Assembly: GCA_946410595.1 (NCBI GenBank)
Contig: CAMKAU010000001.1
Span: 10,267 to 74,266, forward strand
Source of the DNA: an uncultured Clostridia bacterium
Lineage (GTDB): Bacteria > Bacillota > Clostridia > Oscillospirales > CAG-272
DNA length: 64,000 bases
Direction of reading: 5' to 3'
A program made the position numbers and the translations under genes. Positions 52,500-62,700 of this stretch are shown piece after piece (the stretch's first letter is position 1; every line of letters starts with the position of its first letter). Under the pieces are notes generated by a model. The model searched no databases. It was not told the DNA's origin and saw nothing but the letters and a program-made list of their open reading frames with translations.

Positions 52500-55400
52500 T
52501 CATCCTATTTTGACAAAACTGTATTTGTCAATGGTGTACTCTTTGCCGTCTTCATCCCACGTTTTGATGGTGAAGTCGTTGTAGTTGATGAGGAAGCTGA
52601 CCTTATCGCCGTAGGTGACCTTCACGACAGAGCCGTCCTCGGTGGTGTACTTGGTCTTGACGTAGCTTCCGTCTTCCTGACGCCCGCCGACTATGACCTT
52701 GACCTCGGCCTTTTCGGGAACGTCCGGCTTGATTTCAAGCCCCGCCTCGATCTTCCCGTCGAGGTAGTCCTGCCGCATCTGGCGGATCATCGCGATATAG
52801 GCGTTGCGGAGCTGCGTATCGTAGAGCTCGTTTGCCGCATCCTCCGCCGCTTTCAGATCCGCTTCGATCTCGTCCGCGTCCGCGACACGCTCCGCCTGGA
52901 GGAAGGCGTGTCCCGTGATGGGCGTGGTCTGCAGCGAACCGATCGCGTCGTTGAGCTTCTTGTACTGCTCCACCAGTTCCTCGCGCCAGATATCGTACCG
53001 GACCGAATAATACTTGGAGAGAGAAACGCTCTCTTTGAGGATTTCGGTGTTATCGTAGGAGAGGATGAAGTAGAGCGCGGAGCCGCTTTCGATCGCCTTG
53101 AGGATCGCGTAGTCGATATCGCCTTCCATGTTGATCGGCGTTCCGGCGAAGTTGAGGTATCCGTGCAGGACGACCCCCGCGAACGGAACGGAAACGCTGG
53201 TCAGCGCGTACCGGCTGCTCTGGAGCGAAACGCCGAGCAGATGCTCAAGATACTTGAGCGTGTAGGCGTTGCCGCCTTCGCTCATGATGCTCGGGTACTT
53301 TTCTTCGATCTGATCAAAGAACTGGGTAACGAGCGCCCGGCTGTCCTCGCGGTTATACGGCTCCTCGGTATCGAAGTCGGAGTTGAGGTCGTTGCCGAGC
53401 GAGGCGACCGAGATCGCCCCGAGATCGTACTGAGAATACTTCCGCTCGAACTTCTCGAAGAAGTAGGAGTAAGCGGACGGAGAAACGAGCAGACCGACGG
53501 AATCGTAGGAACCGCTGACGCCGTTGTAGACGACCTTGTAAACGTACTGATCGTTGATCGTCTTGGTCGCGTGTTTCTTGAACTTAAACCCGTCGCCCGT
53601 CTTGATTCTGGAGACGGAGGTAAAGTCGAAGTCCGGATAGACCCCGAAGCCCTTCTCCTTCGCGTAGGCGACAAGATCCTCAAAGCCGTCCTCGCCGCCG
53701 ACCGATTTGGCCCATTTGACGGTGGAGGGAACGGTCTGTCCGTACATATCGCCGTTGGCGTAGCCGGTCAGCTTGAAGTTAATGTTGGTGATGCCGGCGG
53801 CGGAAAGCTCGTCGTACATCGTCTTGATGTCCTCAAAGGAGGTCAGCGCCACGTCGACTTCGATCGGCATCGAGAGGATCCGCTCGGTCTTGGAGATGGA
53901 GCCGAAGGTCTCGATATAAAGCGGCATCTGATCCGAAACGTCGCTGCTTGTCAGCGGCGTCAGCGACCCGCTCTTTTGCAGATAGTCGCGGTAGGCCTTT
54001 GCCATCCCGAGCCAGGAGGTCTCGTAGTAGTTTTCAATTCCCTTTTCCTCGGCCAGAGCGGGATCGGTCAGCATAACGAAGTTCATCGTCAGGTTGCCGA
54101 CGTACTTGCGCTCGGACACGACCGTGATCGCCGAGGAGGAGCCGACGGAGATGGAGGAGGAGAGTTTGTACTGGTCCTTCGGCCGGGGGGTGAACTTGGT
54201 GATCACCGAATAGAACTTATGGGTGGTGCTGCCGCTCGTGCTCATGATGGAGACGAGCGCGTCGCCCTCTTCGATGATCGCAAGAAAGCCCTTGGGCTGC
54301 CGGCGCGTTTCCTTGACGAAGCGGATCTGCTCGGTCTGCGTTTCTTCTCCGGTTTCCGGATCGGTCTGGGTAATGATCACGGTTTCCTGGCGCTGTTCGG
54401 TCTTTTCGGTGTTTTCCACGATGCCGAACACGGGGAAACGCATCGTCTCGGAGCGGCTGCCCTCGATGGAAATGTAGGCGTAGTCTGTGCCGTACATCGA
54501 GCCGGAAATGTTGACGCTCTTGCCGACGTAATCTTCAAAGCGCGTCAGAGCGCCGCTGCCGTCGGGAAGGAAGTTGTAGCCGGTGTACTCGTTGCTGCCC
54601 GCGCCGATATACGGAAGAAGCTGGAACTCTTCGAGCTTGTAGTTCGTTTCGTCGTAGCGGATGCCGTTTGCGGGGAGACTGACCTTCATACCCGTATCGG
54701 TCAGCGAGTACTCCAGCGCCAGTTTGAAGAGCGCCGGCTCGACCGACGTACCGGTGTACTCGGTTTCCTGATGATCCTTTTCCAGATCGTCGTAGGTGTA
54801 CTCGGGCGCGTACTCCTTGATCGCGGCTTCGATCTTGCCGAGCTCGCGCTGGGTCACGCTGGAGTCGAGAACGTAGATCGCCAGTTTCTTTTTCTTCGTA
54901 ACCGGGAACTTCGTCTGCATATCGACGATCACGCGCTCGGGAAGAGCGGTGTTGTTCGGATCGTACAGAATGTACTTGTAGATGACCTGCTTGGAGAGGA
55001 AGGGGAGGTTCTTTTCCGCCTCTTCCGTCCTGCCGGCCGCCACGTATTCGTCCCAGCCGGGGAGCTTGCTGAAGATCATCTCCTCCATACGCTCCACGCT
55101 GATCTGCCGCGGAACGAGGTAGGAGGACTCGGAACGGCCGATGGTGTACTCCACGCGGATACCGCCCCGGATGTTTTTGATCAGGATCTGCTCGTTCATC
55201 GCAGCCTGCTCGTAGCTGGTATAGGTCTTGACGGCGCCGGTCAGATCGGAATACTTGATGATGACCTGCGACATCAGCTCCATCTTTTTCGCGTCCGTGG
55301 TGCCGGTGGAATAGACGTCGTACGGGTTGGTGGAAAGGACCTGCCCGGACTGTCTGTCGTAGCAGTAGACCTCGCCGGTCCACGGCTCCGCGTAGAGGGA

Positions 55401-55712
55401 GTAGCGGTCGTTATAGAGATACCGCTTCATCGTGTTGAGCTTGGCTTCCACGGTTTTGTAGGTCGTTTTGATATAATTCTCGTTGAAGGATTCGCCGACC
55501 TTTTCTTCAAAACCGTCGTCGTTGAGCTTGGAGGGGTCGACCGCCGGCTCCGGCTCTTCCTCCGGGTCGGTCCCGGTCTCGCCGGGCGCCTCCTCCGTTT
55601 CGCCGGGAGCGGTCGTTTCAGCGGGGTCGTCGTCTGCAAACACGGGGAGGGTAAACGAGCCAAACGCCAAAATCAGCGCCAGAAGCGCGGAGAGTATCTT
55701 GATCGTTTTCAT
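52500..55712 (-). CDS. Secreted ~1070-aa protein, DUF5696-like
   Basis: AGGAG lies 6 nt before ATG 55712. Signal peptide MKTIKILSALLALILAFGSFTLPVFA, an acidic Pro/Glu/Thr linker, then a large mixed alpha/beta body. Family name is from memory. Confidence 0.85.
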   Translation of the reverse strand: MKTIKILSALLALILAFGSFTLPVFADDDPAETTAPGETEEAPGETGTDPEEEPEPAVDPSKLNDDGFEEKVGESFNENYIKTTYKTVEAKLNTMKRYLYNDRYSLYAEPWTGEVYCYDRQSGQVLSTNPYDVYSTGTTDAKKMELMSQVIIKYSDLTGAVKTYTSYEQAAMNEQILIKNIRGGIRVEYTIGRSESSYLVPRQISVERMEEMIFSKLPGWDEYVAAGRTEEAEKNLPFLSKQVIYKYILYDPNNTALPERVIVDMQTKFPVTKKKKLAIYVLDSSVTQRELGKIEAAIKEYAPEYTYDDLEKDHQETEYTGTSVEPALFKLALEYSLTDTGMKVSLPANGIRYDETNYKLEEFQLLPYIGAGSNEYTGYNFLPDGSGALTRFEDYVGKSVNISGSMYGTDYAYISIEGSRSETMRFPVFGIVENTEKTEQRQETVIITQTDPETGEETQTEQIRFVKETRRQPKGFLAIIEEGDALVSIMSTSGSTTHKFYSVITKFTPRPKDQYKLSSSISVGSSSAITVVSERKYVGNLTMNFVMLTDPALAEEKGIENYYETSWLGMAKAYRDYLQKSGSLTPLTSSDVSDQMPLYIETFGSISKTERILSMPIEVDVALTSFEDIKTMYDELSAAGITNINFKLTGYANGDMYGQTVPSTVKWAKSVGGEDGFEDLVAYAKEKGFGVYPDFDFTSVSRIKTGDGFKFKKHATKTINDQYVYKVVYNGVSGSYDSVGLLVSPSAYSYFFEKFERKYSQYDLGAISVASLGNDLNSDFDTEEPYNREDSRALVTQFFDQIEEKYPSIMSEGGNAYTLKYLEHLLGVSLQSSRYALTSVSVPFAGVVLHGYLNFAGTPINMEGDIDYAILKAIESGSALYFILSYDNTEILKESVSLSKYYSVRYDIWREELVEQYKKLNDAIGSLQTTPITGHAFLQAERVADADEIEADLKAAEDAANELYDTQLRNAYIAMIRQMRQDYLDGKIEAGLEIKPDVPEKAEVKVIVGGRQEDGSYVKTKYTTEDGSVVKVTYGDKVSFLINYNDFTIKTWDEDGKEYTIDKYSFVKIG

Positions 55713-55731
55713 GCTTTTCTCCTTTCCCGTG

Positions 55732-57852
55732 TCAGACTCGATAACTGATCTCTTCGATGATCGCGGAAACAAACCCGACCATCTTCTGGACCAGCATCGT
55801 AAAGAGGAACGCGACCGACATAATGACGGCCATTCCGAGGATCGTGCCGAGTGAAACGAGGATGTTTTTGCCCATGGAGTAATCGTGCGTGACCATCATG
55901 CCGAAGAAGAGCAGCAATCCGACCCAAACGTAACCGAGGTTGAGAAGGAAGCTGACGATCCCGGCCTCTTCCGCCGTAACCACGTTGGAGAGGATGGTAG
56001 AGAGGATCACGAAAATCGGCAGAGGAGCCAGCGCGTAGCAGGTCGCGACGAAGACGTCCTTGTAGCTCCCTTCCCCGTCAAAGAGGGTGGTCAGGCACCA
56101 GTTGGCGGTGACCCAGAGGAAGACGGGAATGAGAACGGTGCGCGCCTGCGCAAAGAGCGTGGAGTAGGAGCCGAGAGAGTTGACGATATAGCCGCGGCCG
56201 ATCCCGTTGTAGAAGAAGCTGAGGATGACGACGGCGAGGATCAGCACGCCCGCCCGGACCGAGCCGCGCCTCTCGTGCTTCAGATCCCAGAACCCGTCGA
56301 AGGGATGCAGGATCACGTGGAAGACGAAGAGCAGCTCCTCCTTGAGAGAACGCTTGCCGAGTTTGATCGCGGTTTTTTCGTTGACCTTCGTCGCGTACTT
56401 GGAGAACTTGACAAGCAGGACCGCGAGGACGATCACGACGACCGGGATCAGAAGAATGTACTTGGAGAGCCATTCCTTGCGGATCTCCTTGTACGAGGTG
56501 GAATAGTTGGAGGTATCGTACGCGCTGCGGTAATACTCCAGCGCCTCCTCGTACTTGCCGTCCCGGTAGAGGGACTGGCCGATGCCGATATAGGCGGAGT
56601 CGTAGTTACTGTTGCGCTTCAGGATTTCCGTCCAGTCCTCGATCGCTTTGTCGTACTGGTGGGCGTTCGTGTTCGCGATCGCGGAGATCAGCGTGTCGCC
56701 GTACTCGGTGCGCTTGTAGACGGTAAAGCTCTTCTGGCTGGAATCCAGCAGGATCAGCTTGTCGCCCTGATAGTCGCAGGCCTTGACCGTCTTGAGGTTG
56801 CCGAGCTGGGAGCCGCTGTTGCCGAAGGCGAAGAGGAGGTTGCCGTTGTAGTCGTAGGTGTAGCAGCGGGAGAACTTCTGGTCGATGATCGTCCAGGTCT
56901 TTTCCGGCCCGATCGCCACGTCGACGATCGAGGAGGTCCCGCGGAGGTTTCCGCCCGGATCGTAGAAGCCGTTGCGTTTCATGATCTGATCGCCCGAGGG
57001 GTTGAGCAGCTTGACGGGCGAATAGGTCCCGGTCTTGGCACGGACGGCGCTGGCGCGGTCCTTCGCGTCGATGTTGTCGGTGGTGACGTAGATGAAGTTC
57101 TCATCCGTGATGTTGATGTTGTTGAGCTCGGTCGGGATGTAGGACTTCTGCTGCGCGAGCTGTTCCTCGGTCTGGAACCGGCGCCATACGATGTCTACAA
57201 TATTATAGGAAACGTTCTGCGCGCCGATAAAGCCGGTGAAGTCGCCCTCCTCGGACATCACGATAACGCCCTGATAGGTGGTGGAGGAAACGACGTAGAT
57301 GCGGCCGTAGCTGTCCACGGCGCAGGCGACCGGCTTGTAGATCGCGTCCTCGCCGAACAGATCGGAGTTCGGCTTCTGGATGATGCGGCGGAAGCTGAAG
57401 TTGCCTTTGGCGTCCGGATGCCGGTCGAAGATGACGATGCGGTTTGCGTTGGTATCGCAAACGTAGATGCTGTCCTCCGTCGTGAAGATCCCCTTGCAGC
57501 CGGAGAACGAGTCGTTGACGCCCTGGTCGTTCTGGAAGGTCTTGATCTCGCCGATCAGCTTGTAGTAGCGGTCAAGAACAACGACCTTTGATTTGCCCGA
57601 GCCGGAGTCAACGAGATAAACGTTCCCGTCGCAGTCGACGTGCAGGTCGGCCGGCTCGCTGAAATCAGAGGAGAGGCCCATAAAGCGGTAATCCACGCTG
57701 ACGTCCGGCACGTACGCGTCCGGCGAATAGAGGGCGTTGGCCGCCTTCGCCATGAAGGTATGCGTCTGGTACGGGGTCGCCGCGTCCGCCGCGGTCGGGA
57801 AAAGCATCACGAGAAGAAGGACAAAGGTGAGTATTCTGACGATTTTTTTCAT
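55732..57852 (-). CDS. Fusion protein: signal peptide, NHL-like beta-propeller, TPR, C-terminal Yip1-type five-TM domain
   Basis: Repeated blades (NVYLVDSG, SIYVCDTNANRIVIF, RIYVVSS, FIYVTT, LLFAFG), the TPR segment YDKAIEDWTEILKRNSNYDSAYIGIGQSLYRDGKYEEALEYY, then 5-6 TM helices typical of Yip1-domain proteins. Confidence 0.85.
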   Translation of the reverse strand: MKKIVRILTFVLLLVMLFPTAADAATPYQTHTFMAKAANALYSPDAYVPDVSVDYRFMGLSSDFSEPADLHVDCDGNVYLVDSGSGKSKVVVLDRYYKLIGEIKTFQNDQGVNDSFSGCKGIFTTEDSIYVCDTNANRIVIFDRHPDAKGNFSFRRIIQKPNSDLFGEDAIYKPVACAVDSYGRIYVVSSTTYQGVIVMSEEGDFTGFIGAQNVSYNIVDIVWRRFQTEEQLAQQKSYIPTELNNINITDENFIYVTTDNIDAKDRASAVRAKTGTYSPVKLLNPSGDQIMKRNGFYDPGGNLRGTSSIVDVAIGPEKTWTIIDQKFSRCYTYDYNGNLLFAFGNSGSQLGNLKTVKACDYQGDKLILLDSSQKSFTVYKRTEYGDTLISAIANTNAHQYDKAIEDWTEILKRNSNYDSAYIGIGQSLYRDGKYEEALEYYRSAYDTSNYSTSYKEIRKEWLSKYILLIPVVVIVLAVLLVKFSKYATKVNEKTAIKLGKRSLKEELLFVFHVILHPFDGFWDLKHERRGSVRAGVLILAVVILSFFYNGIGRGYIVNSLGSYSTLFAQARTVLIPVFLWVTANWCLTTLFDGEGSYKDVFVATCYALAPLPIFVILSTILSNVVTAEEAGIVSFLLNLGYVWVGLLLFFGMMVTHDYSMGKNILVSLGTILGMAVIMSVAFLFTMLVQKMVGFVSAIIEEISYRV

Positions 57853-57867
57853 ATTCTCTTCCCTCCT

Positions 57868-58740
57868 TTAATCCTTCATACCGCTGGTGCCCATCGTTTC
57901 GATGATGTTGCTCTGGCAGATGATGAAGATGATAATCGGGACGATCATCATGATGACCGTCGCGGCGGCGCCGGCGCCGGAACGCGCGATACCGCCGGAT
58001 ACGATCTGCTGGATCGCGTAGTTGAACGATTTGTACTGCTCGCTGTGAATGTAGATGGAGGAACCCGCGTTCCAGAGGTTTTTGAAGGTTTCGACGATCA
58101 GGGTGAGCCAGCCCGGCTTGACCATCGGCATCGCGATCAGCCAGAAGGTCTTGAGCTCCGAGCAGCCGTCCAGACGCGCGCTCTCCAGAATCTGGTCGGA
58201 AACGTGGGATTCCATGAACTGCTTCATCAGGTAGAGGCCGAGGGAGGTAGCCAGCGCCGGCACGATCCTCGCCCAGAGCGTGTCGATCAGGCCGAGGGCG
58301 CTCATGGTGATGAAGTTGGCGATCGCGGTGACCGTTTCATGGAACATCAGGGAGTAGACGATAAGCTGGAAGATCCATTTGCGTCCCGGGAACTTGATCT
58401 TGGCAAGCGAGTACGCGGCAAGAGAGGAAACGAAGAGGTTTCCGAAGGTGCCGGTCAGCGAAACGAAGATCGTGTTGAAAATGTAGCGGGAGAAGGGGAC
58501 CCAGCTCTCGTTCATCAGCGAGAAAAGGTCGGTGAAGTTCTCCAGCGTGGGGCTGACCACGTAGAACTTCGGCGGGAACATGAAGATCTCGTCAAGCGGT
58601 TTGAGCGATTGCGCGATCACGTAGAACATCGGCAAAAACATCATCACGCCGAGGAGAGCAAGGAGGATGAATATTCCGACGTCGCCGCCCTGCGAACGGT
58701 TAAGGACGACGCGGTGGCTTCTGGTTCTTAATCTTGCCAT
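57868..58740 (-). CDS. Carbohydrate ABC transporter permease (MalG/UgpE-type), first pair
   Basis: EAA loop ILESARLDGCSELKTFWLIAMPMVKP. 290 aa. Confidence 0.92.
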   Translation of the reverse strand: MARLRTRSHRVVLNRSQGGDVGIFILLALLGVMMFLPMFYVIAQSLKPLDEIFMFPPKFYVVSPTLENFTDLFSLMNESWVPFSRYIFNTIFVSLTGTFGNLFVSSLAAYSLAKIKFPGRKWIFQLIVYSLMFHETVTAIANFITMSALGLIDTLWARIVPALATSLGLYLMKQFMESHVSDQILESARLDGCSELKTFWLIAMPMVKPGWLTLIVETFKNLWNAGSSIYIHSEQYKSFNYAIQQIVSGGIARSGAGAAATVIMMIVPIIIFIICQSNIIETMGTSGMKD

Positions 58741-58741
58741 A

Positions 58742-59689
58742 TCACTTACCTACCTTACTGAGCAGTTTCTTGATGATCAGGTTGGAGCCGACCATCATCA
58801 CAAACAGCACGACGGCGATGGTGGAGGAATAACCGACCTCATATCGCTGGCCGCCGTAGTCTTGCAGGTGGTTCATGATCGTATGCGCCGAATAGTTGAC
58901 GGAGGGAAGTCCGCACAGGTCGGTCACGACGTGGCCGAATCCGAACGCCTTGGTGATCTGGAGCACCGCGCCGAACATCAGCTGCGGACCCATCTCGGGA
59001 AGGGTAATGTACCAGAGCTCCTGCCACCGGTTTTTGATCCCGTCCACGGCCGCCGCCTCGTAGTGAGAACGGTCGATGCCCTGGAGACCGGCGATGAAGG
59101 CGAGGAACGCGGTGCCGAGCGAGGTCCAGAGCGCAACGGCGATACAAAGCGGCATCGTGTACTTTTCGTCTTCAAACCACAGGATCGGTTTGTAGATCAC
59201 GCCCAGCTTGATCAGCGTGGCGTTGACCCACCCGTAGGAGTCCGAGCTGAAGAGCGTCTTCCAGATCAGGTAGACCTGACCGGAGATGGAAGGCGCGTAG
59301 AAGATCAGGGTGACGACCGACCGGACCTTCGGGTTGAGCTCGTTGATAAACCACGCGACGAACAGCGCGAGCATATAGGACACGGGGCCCGTGATCACGG
59401 CGAAGATCAGCGTGTTTTTCAGCGCGAGGATGAAGATATCGTCGTCAAGGAAAAGCCGGATATAGTTATCCATAAAGATAAACTTCGGCATTTCCAGCAT
59501 GTTGAACGTCGTAAAGCTGAGAATGATGGAAAGCAGGACGGGAAAGATCGTGAAGATCGTGAAGACGAGCATAAAAGGCGCGATCATCAGATACGCGGTC
59601 TTGTTGCGCTTCATCTCTTTCCAGGTCCACTGCGCCTTGGTCATTTCCTTGCGGGCAACAGGGCGCTTTGCTTCTTTGGATTCTGGCAT
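58742..59689 (-). CDS. Sugar ABC transporter permease (MalF/UgpA-type), first pair
   Basis: EAA loop YEAAAVDGIKNRWQELWYITLPEMGP. 315 aa. Confidence 0.92.
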   Translation of the reverse strand: MPESKEAKRPVARKEMTKAQWTWKEMKRNKTAYLMIAPFMLVFTIFTIFPVLLSIILSFTTFNMLEMPKFIFMDNYIRLFLDDDIFILALKNTLIFAVITGPVSYMLALFVAWFINELNPKVRSVVTLIFYAPSISGQVYLIWKTLFSSDSYGWVNATLIKLGVIYKPILWFEDEKYTMPLCIAVALWTSLGTAFLAFIAGLQGIDRSHYEAAAVDGIKNRWQELWYITLPEMGPQLMFGAVLQITKAFGFGHVVTDLCGLPSVNYSAHTIMNHLQDYGGQRYEVGYSSTIAVVLFVMMVGSNLIIKKLLSKVGK

Positions 59690-59739
59690 GAGCGTTTGTT
59701 CTCCTTTTCAAAAAGATTTTTCAGGCGATTGCCCGCGGG

Positions 59740-62700
59740 TCAGTTTCCGGAGCCGGAAGTCTTTTGTTCGGCCAGGTCTTCAAGCGTCTGTCCGAGCTCC
59801 AGGGTGTCCATGCCGAATTCCTGCCGTTTTCTTGTGATCTCCTTGTTGATCGTCGCCACGTAGGAACGCAGCTCCTCAACGGGATCTTTGCCGTGCTTGT
59901 AGGCGGCCAGGAACGCGAAGTTGATATAACGGTTGAAAATGTAGCTGCCGGGATGCTCCTCGACGGAAGCGATATTGTCGAACTGGCTGAGGATCACCTC
60001 GAGCTCGTCGGACGTCCACGCCATATCGGCCAGCGCTTCCCGGTTTGCGGTGGAGTGCTTGGCGGCGGGTCCGATCGTGGTAATGAGCTGATTGCAGTAC
60101 TGCGCCTGCGCTTCATGCCCGACGTACCATTTCATGAACTCCCAGGTATTCTCTTCGTGTTCGCAGCCGCGCAGCATCACGACGGCGGCGACGGAGCCGA
60201 GCGCAACGTTGTTGACGCTGCCGTCTTCCCTCACGAAGCCGGGCAGGACGGTGAAGTCCCAAAGCCCCTGGATCTCGGTCGCGTACACGGTCAGCGTGTT
60301 ATACATCGCGGCGTAGGGCGAGATCACGATCGGCATTTCCCCGGTGCGGAACCGGTTGGCGCCGTCGAAGGTCACGGGGAAGGAATAGTCGGTAAAGAAC
60401 CGGCAGTAATACTGGAACGCCTCCAGACCGATATTGGAATCGATGCCGGCGCGCATCCCCCAGTCGGCGTAGCGGTTGCCGCCCATCTGATAGAGGAAGC
60501 GGTCGTAGCTGCGGTGCAGACCGATCTCGAGGTTGTTCGCGCTGAGGACGGTCATCGCGGCGATCAGGTCATCCCATGTCTTCGGGAGCTCGATGCCGAG
60601 GTCCGCGAGGATATCCTTGCGGTAGAACATCATCGAGAAGATCATCGTCTCGGGCAGACCGTAGACGCTGACGTCGGTCACGCCGGTATCCACGTGGTGA
60701 TTATAGAGCGTCAGCGGGATACGGGCGGATTCGGTGAACTCCGACATGATCTCTTCAAAGCCGCTGCGCTGATCAAGAGGAAGGATCGCGGAACGGATCG
60801 CGAAGTTGATCACGTTGTCCGAGGAAAGGCCGAGGAAGCAGTCCGGCCCCTGATTGGAAAGGACGGACGGCAGCAGCGTGCCGGCGGAAACGAGCTTGAC
60901 GTCGACGCCGATGCCGGTCTCGGGCGAGAACATACTGTCCACCATGGCGCGGGTAACGAGCTGCTGGTCGCGGCCGTAGGTCATCCAGACCTCAACGGCG
61001 TCGTCCGTTCTCTCGGTGGTACTGCCCATGTTCGAGTAGTCCACAAAGAAGCTGGAAACGAACAGCTTGAGCTCGTACCAGATCGCCTGGAAGAAATTGA
61101 CGTTGGCGCGCGGAAGCTTTTCCGTTTCCGGCGTAACGAGCAGGTAGTCCAGCATCAGCGGCTGGGCGCGGCAGTTGTTGAGCCAGGTGCCGAGCGTACC
61201 GATATAGGACTTCAGGGTCTCCAGACTCGGCGCGATCGTGCTCTCGTCGGTCCCCATTTCATTAAGAAGATAGGAGATCTTGCCGAGCGTGGTGTTCTTC
61301 GTTCCGCTGAGCTCCTCGAGGTAAGCGGAGATGCGGTCGAGGCGGCGCGCTTCCTTGATGAAGTTGACCAGCACCTGCGGCATCACGCGGCCGAAGTTGT
61401 AGGTGCGGTACTTATCCGGTTTCGCGCCGGTCAGCTTGATGATCTCGAGATAGCCGGCGTTGATGGTGCGCAGGGATTCCTCCACCTCGCGCACGATGTC
61501 GTCCATCTCGCCGAGGCCGACCTCCAGCTCCAGCGTGTAGGTATGTCCCGCCTCGAACCAGAAGCGGAACACCGTATCGCCGGTGCCGAGGGGAATGACC
61601 TCCCAGTCCTTCGTATAGTCGAAACGGGCGTTGTAGCACTCGTCGTAGAGGACCTCTCCGTCGATCTTGACGATACGGGAGGAGAACATGCCGGTATTTT
61701 CATTCTGTTTGTAGCGGGCGGCGATATTGTACCAGCCGGTCTTTTCCACTTCAAACTCGTAGGTGACCCACTGACCCGCGGTCTTGTACGTCGCCTTGCC
61801 GCCGAGCATATTGAGCAGCTGCGCGTCGGCGACCTGCGGCTCGGTGATCGCGGAGGTGCGGTCGTTGATCGGGTAGATCGCGTCGTCGGAGAAACGGACC
61901 GGCTTTTCCGCCTGGATCTTTACGGCGGCGGCGCCCTCGGAGGAGCCGCTGCCCGCGACGGAGGCGACGTACTCTTCCATCGTCTTCCCTTCTACGGGCG
62001 TGATCAGGCGGAGCCCGCCGAGGATCATCGGCTCGCGGACCGCCTCGAGAGAGATCGTGACCTCACCCTTCTCAAGGCAGACGAGAAGACCGCCGGAATA
62101 ATAACCGGTGCTGTCGGAAACGACGACGGTTTTCCACTCGGGCGTCTGATAGGCGGCCGGGCGGATATCGTTGCCGTTGATATCCTGGCGGAACGTGGGT
62201 TCTCCCTCGCTCTCGCCCGGGACGTAGACCTTGGCGCCGTCCGTCCCTTCATAATAAGTATTGGCCCAGACCTTCGTCAGCGAGAGGGTGCGCACTTCGC
62301 TGTAAAGCGCCTTCCCGTTCACGAGGAGCATCCGCTCGATGGAAGCGGACTTTCCTTCGTGGGTCTTGCCGTCGGCGGACTTGAACTCCGCCACGGGATA
62401 GTAGTCGATCTCCACGCCGTACATGGCGGTCTCGGGGATCGTTACCTTCCACGAAATCGCACCGGAATCGGGAAAGAAGAGGGCGGAGCCGCTGCGGCCC
62501 TCGTAATCCTTCACGATCTCAACCGCCGCGGTCGTGCCGTCCTTGTCATAGTCGGCAACGTCGACCGAAACGGTCTTCGAGGCGAGGGGGACGTTTTTGT
62601 GCTTTTCGAGATACTCGTTGTAACTGGCCGTGTTGAGAAGCTCTTTCAGTTCGGCGATGGTACGGCCGGAAGAGCCGCCCTCCCCCTCCGCCGCAAACGC

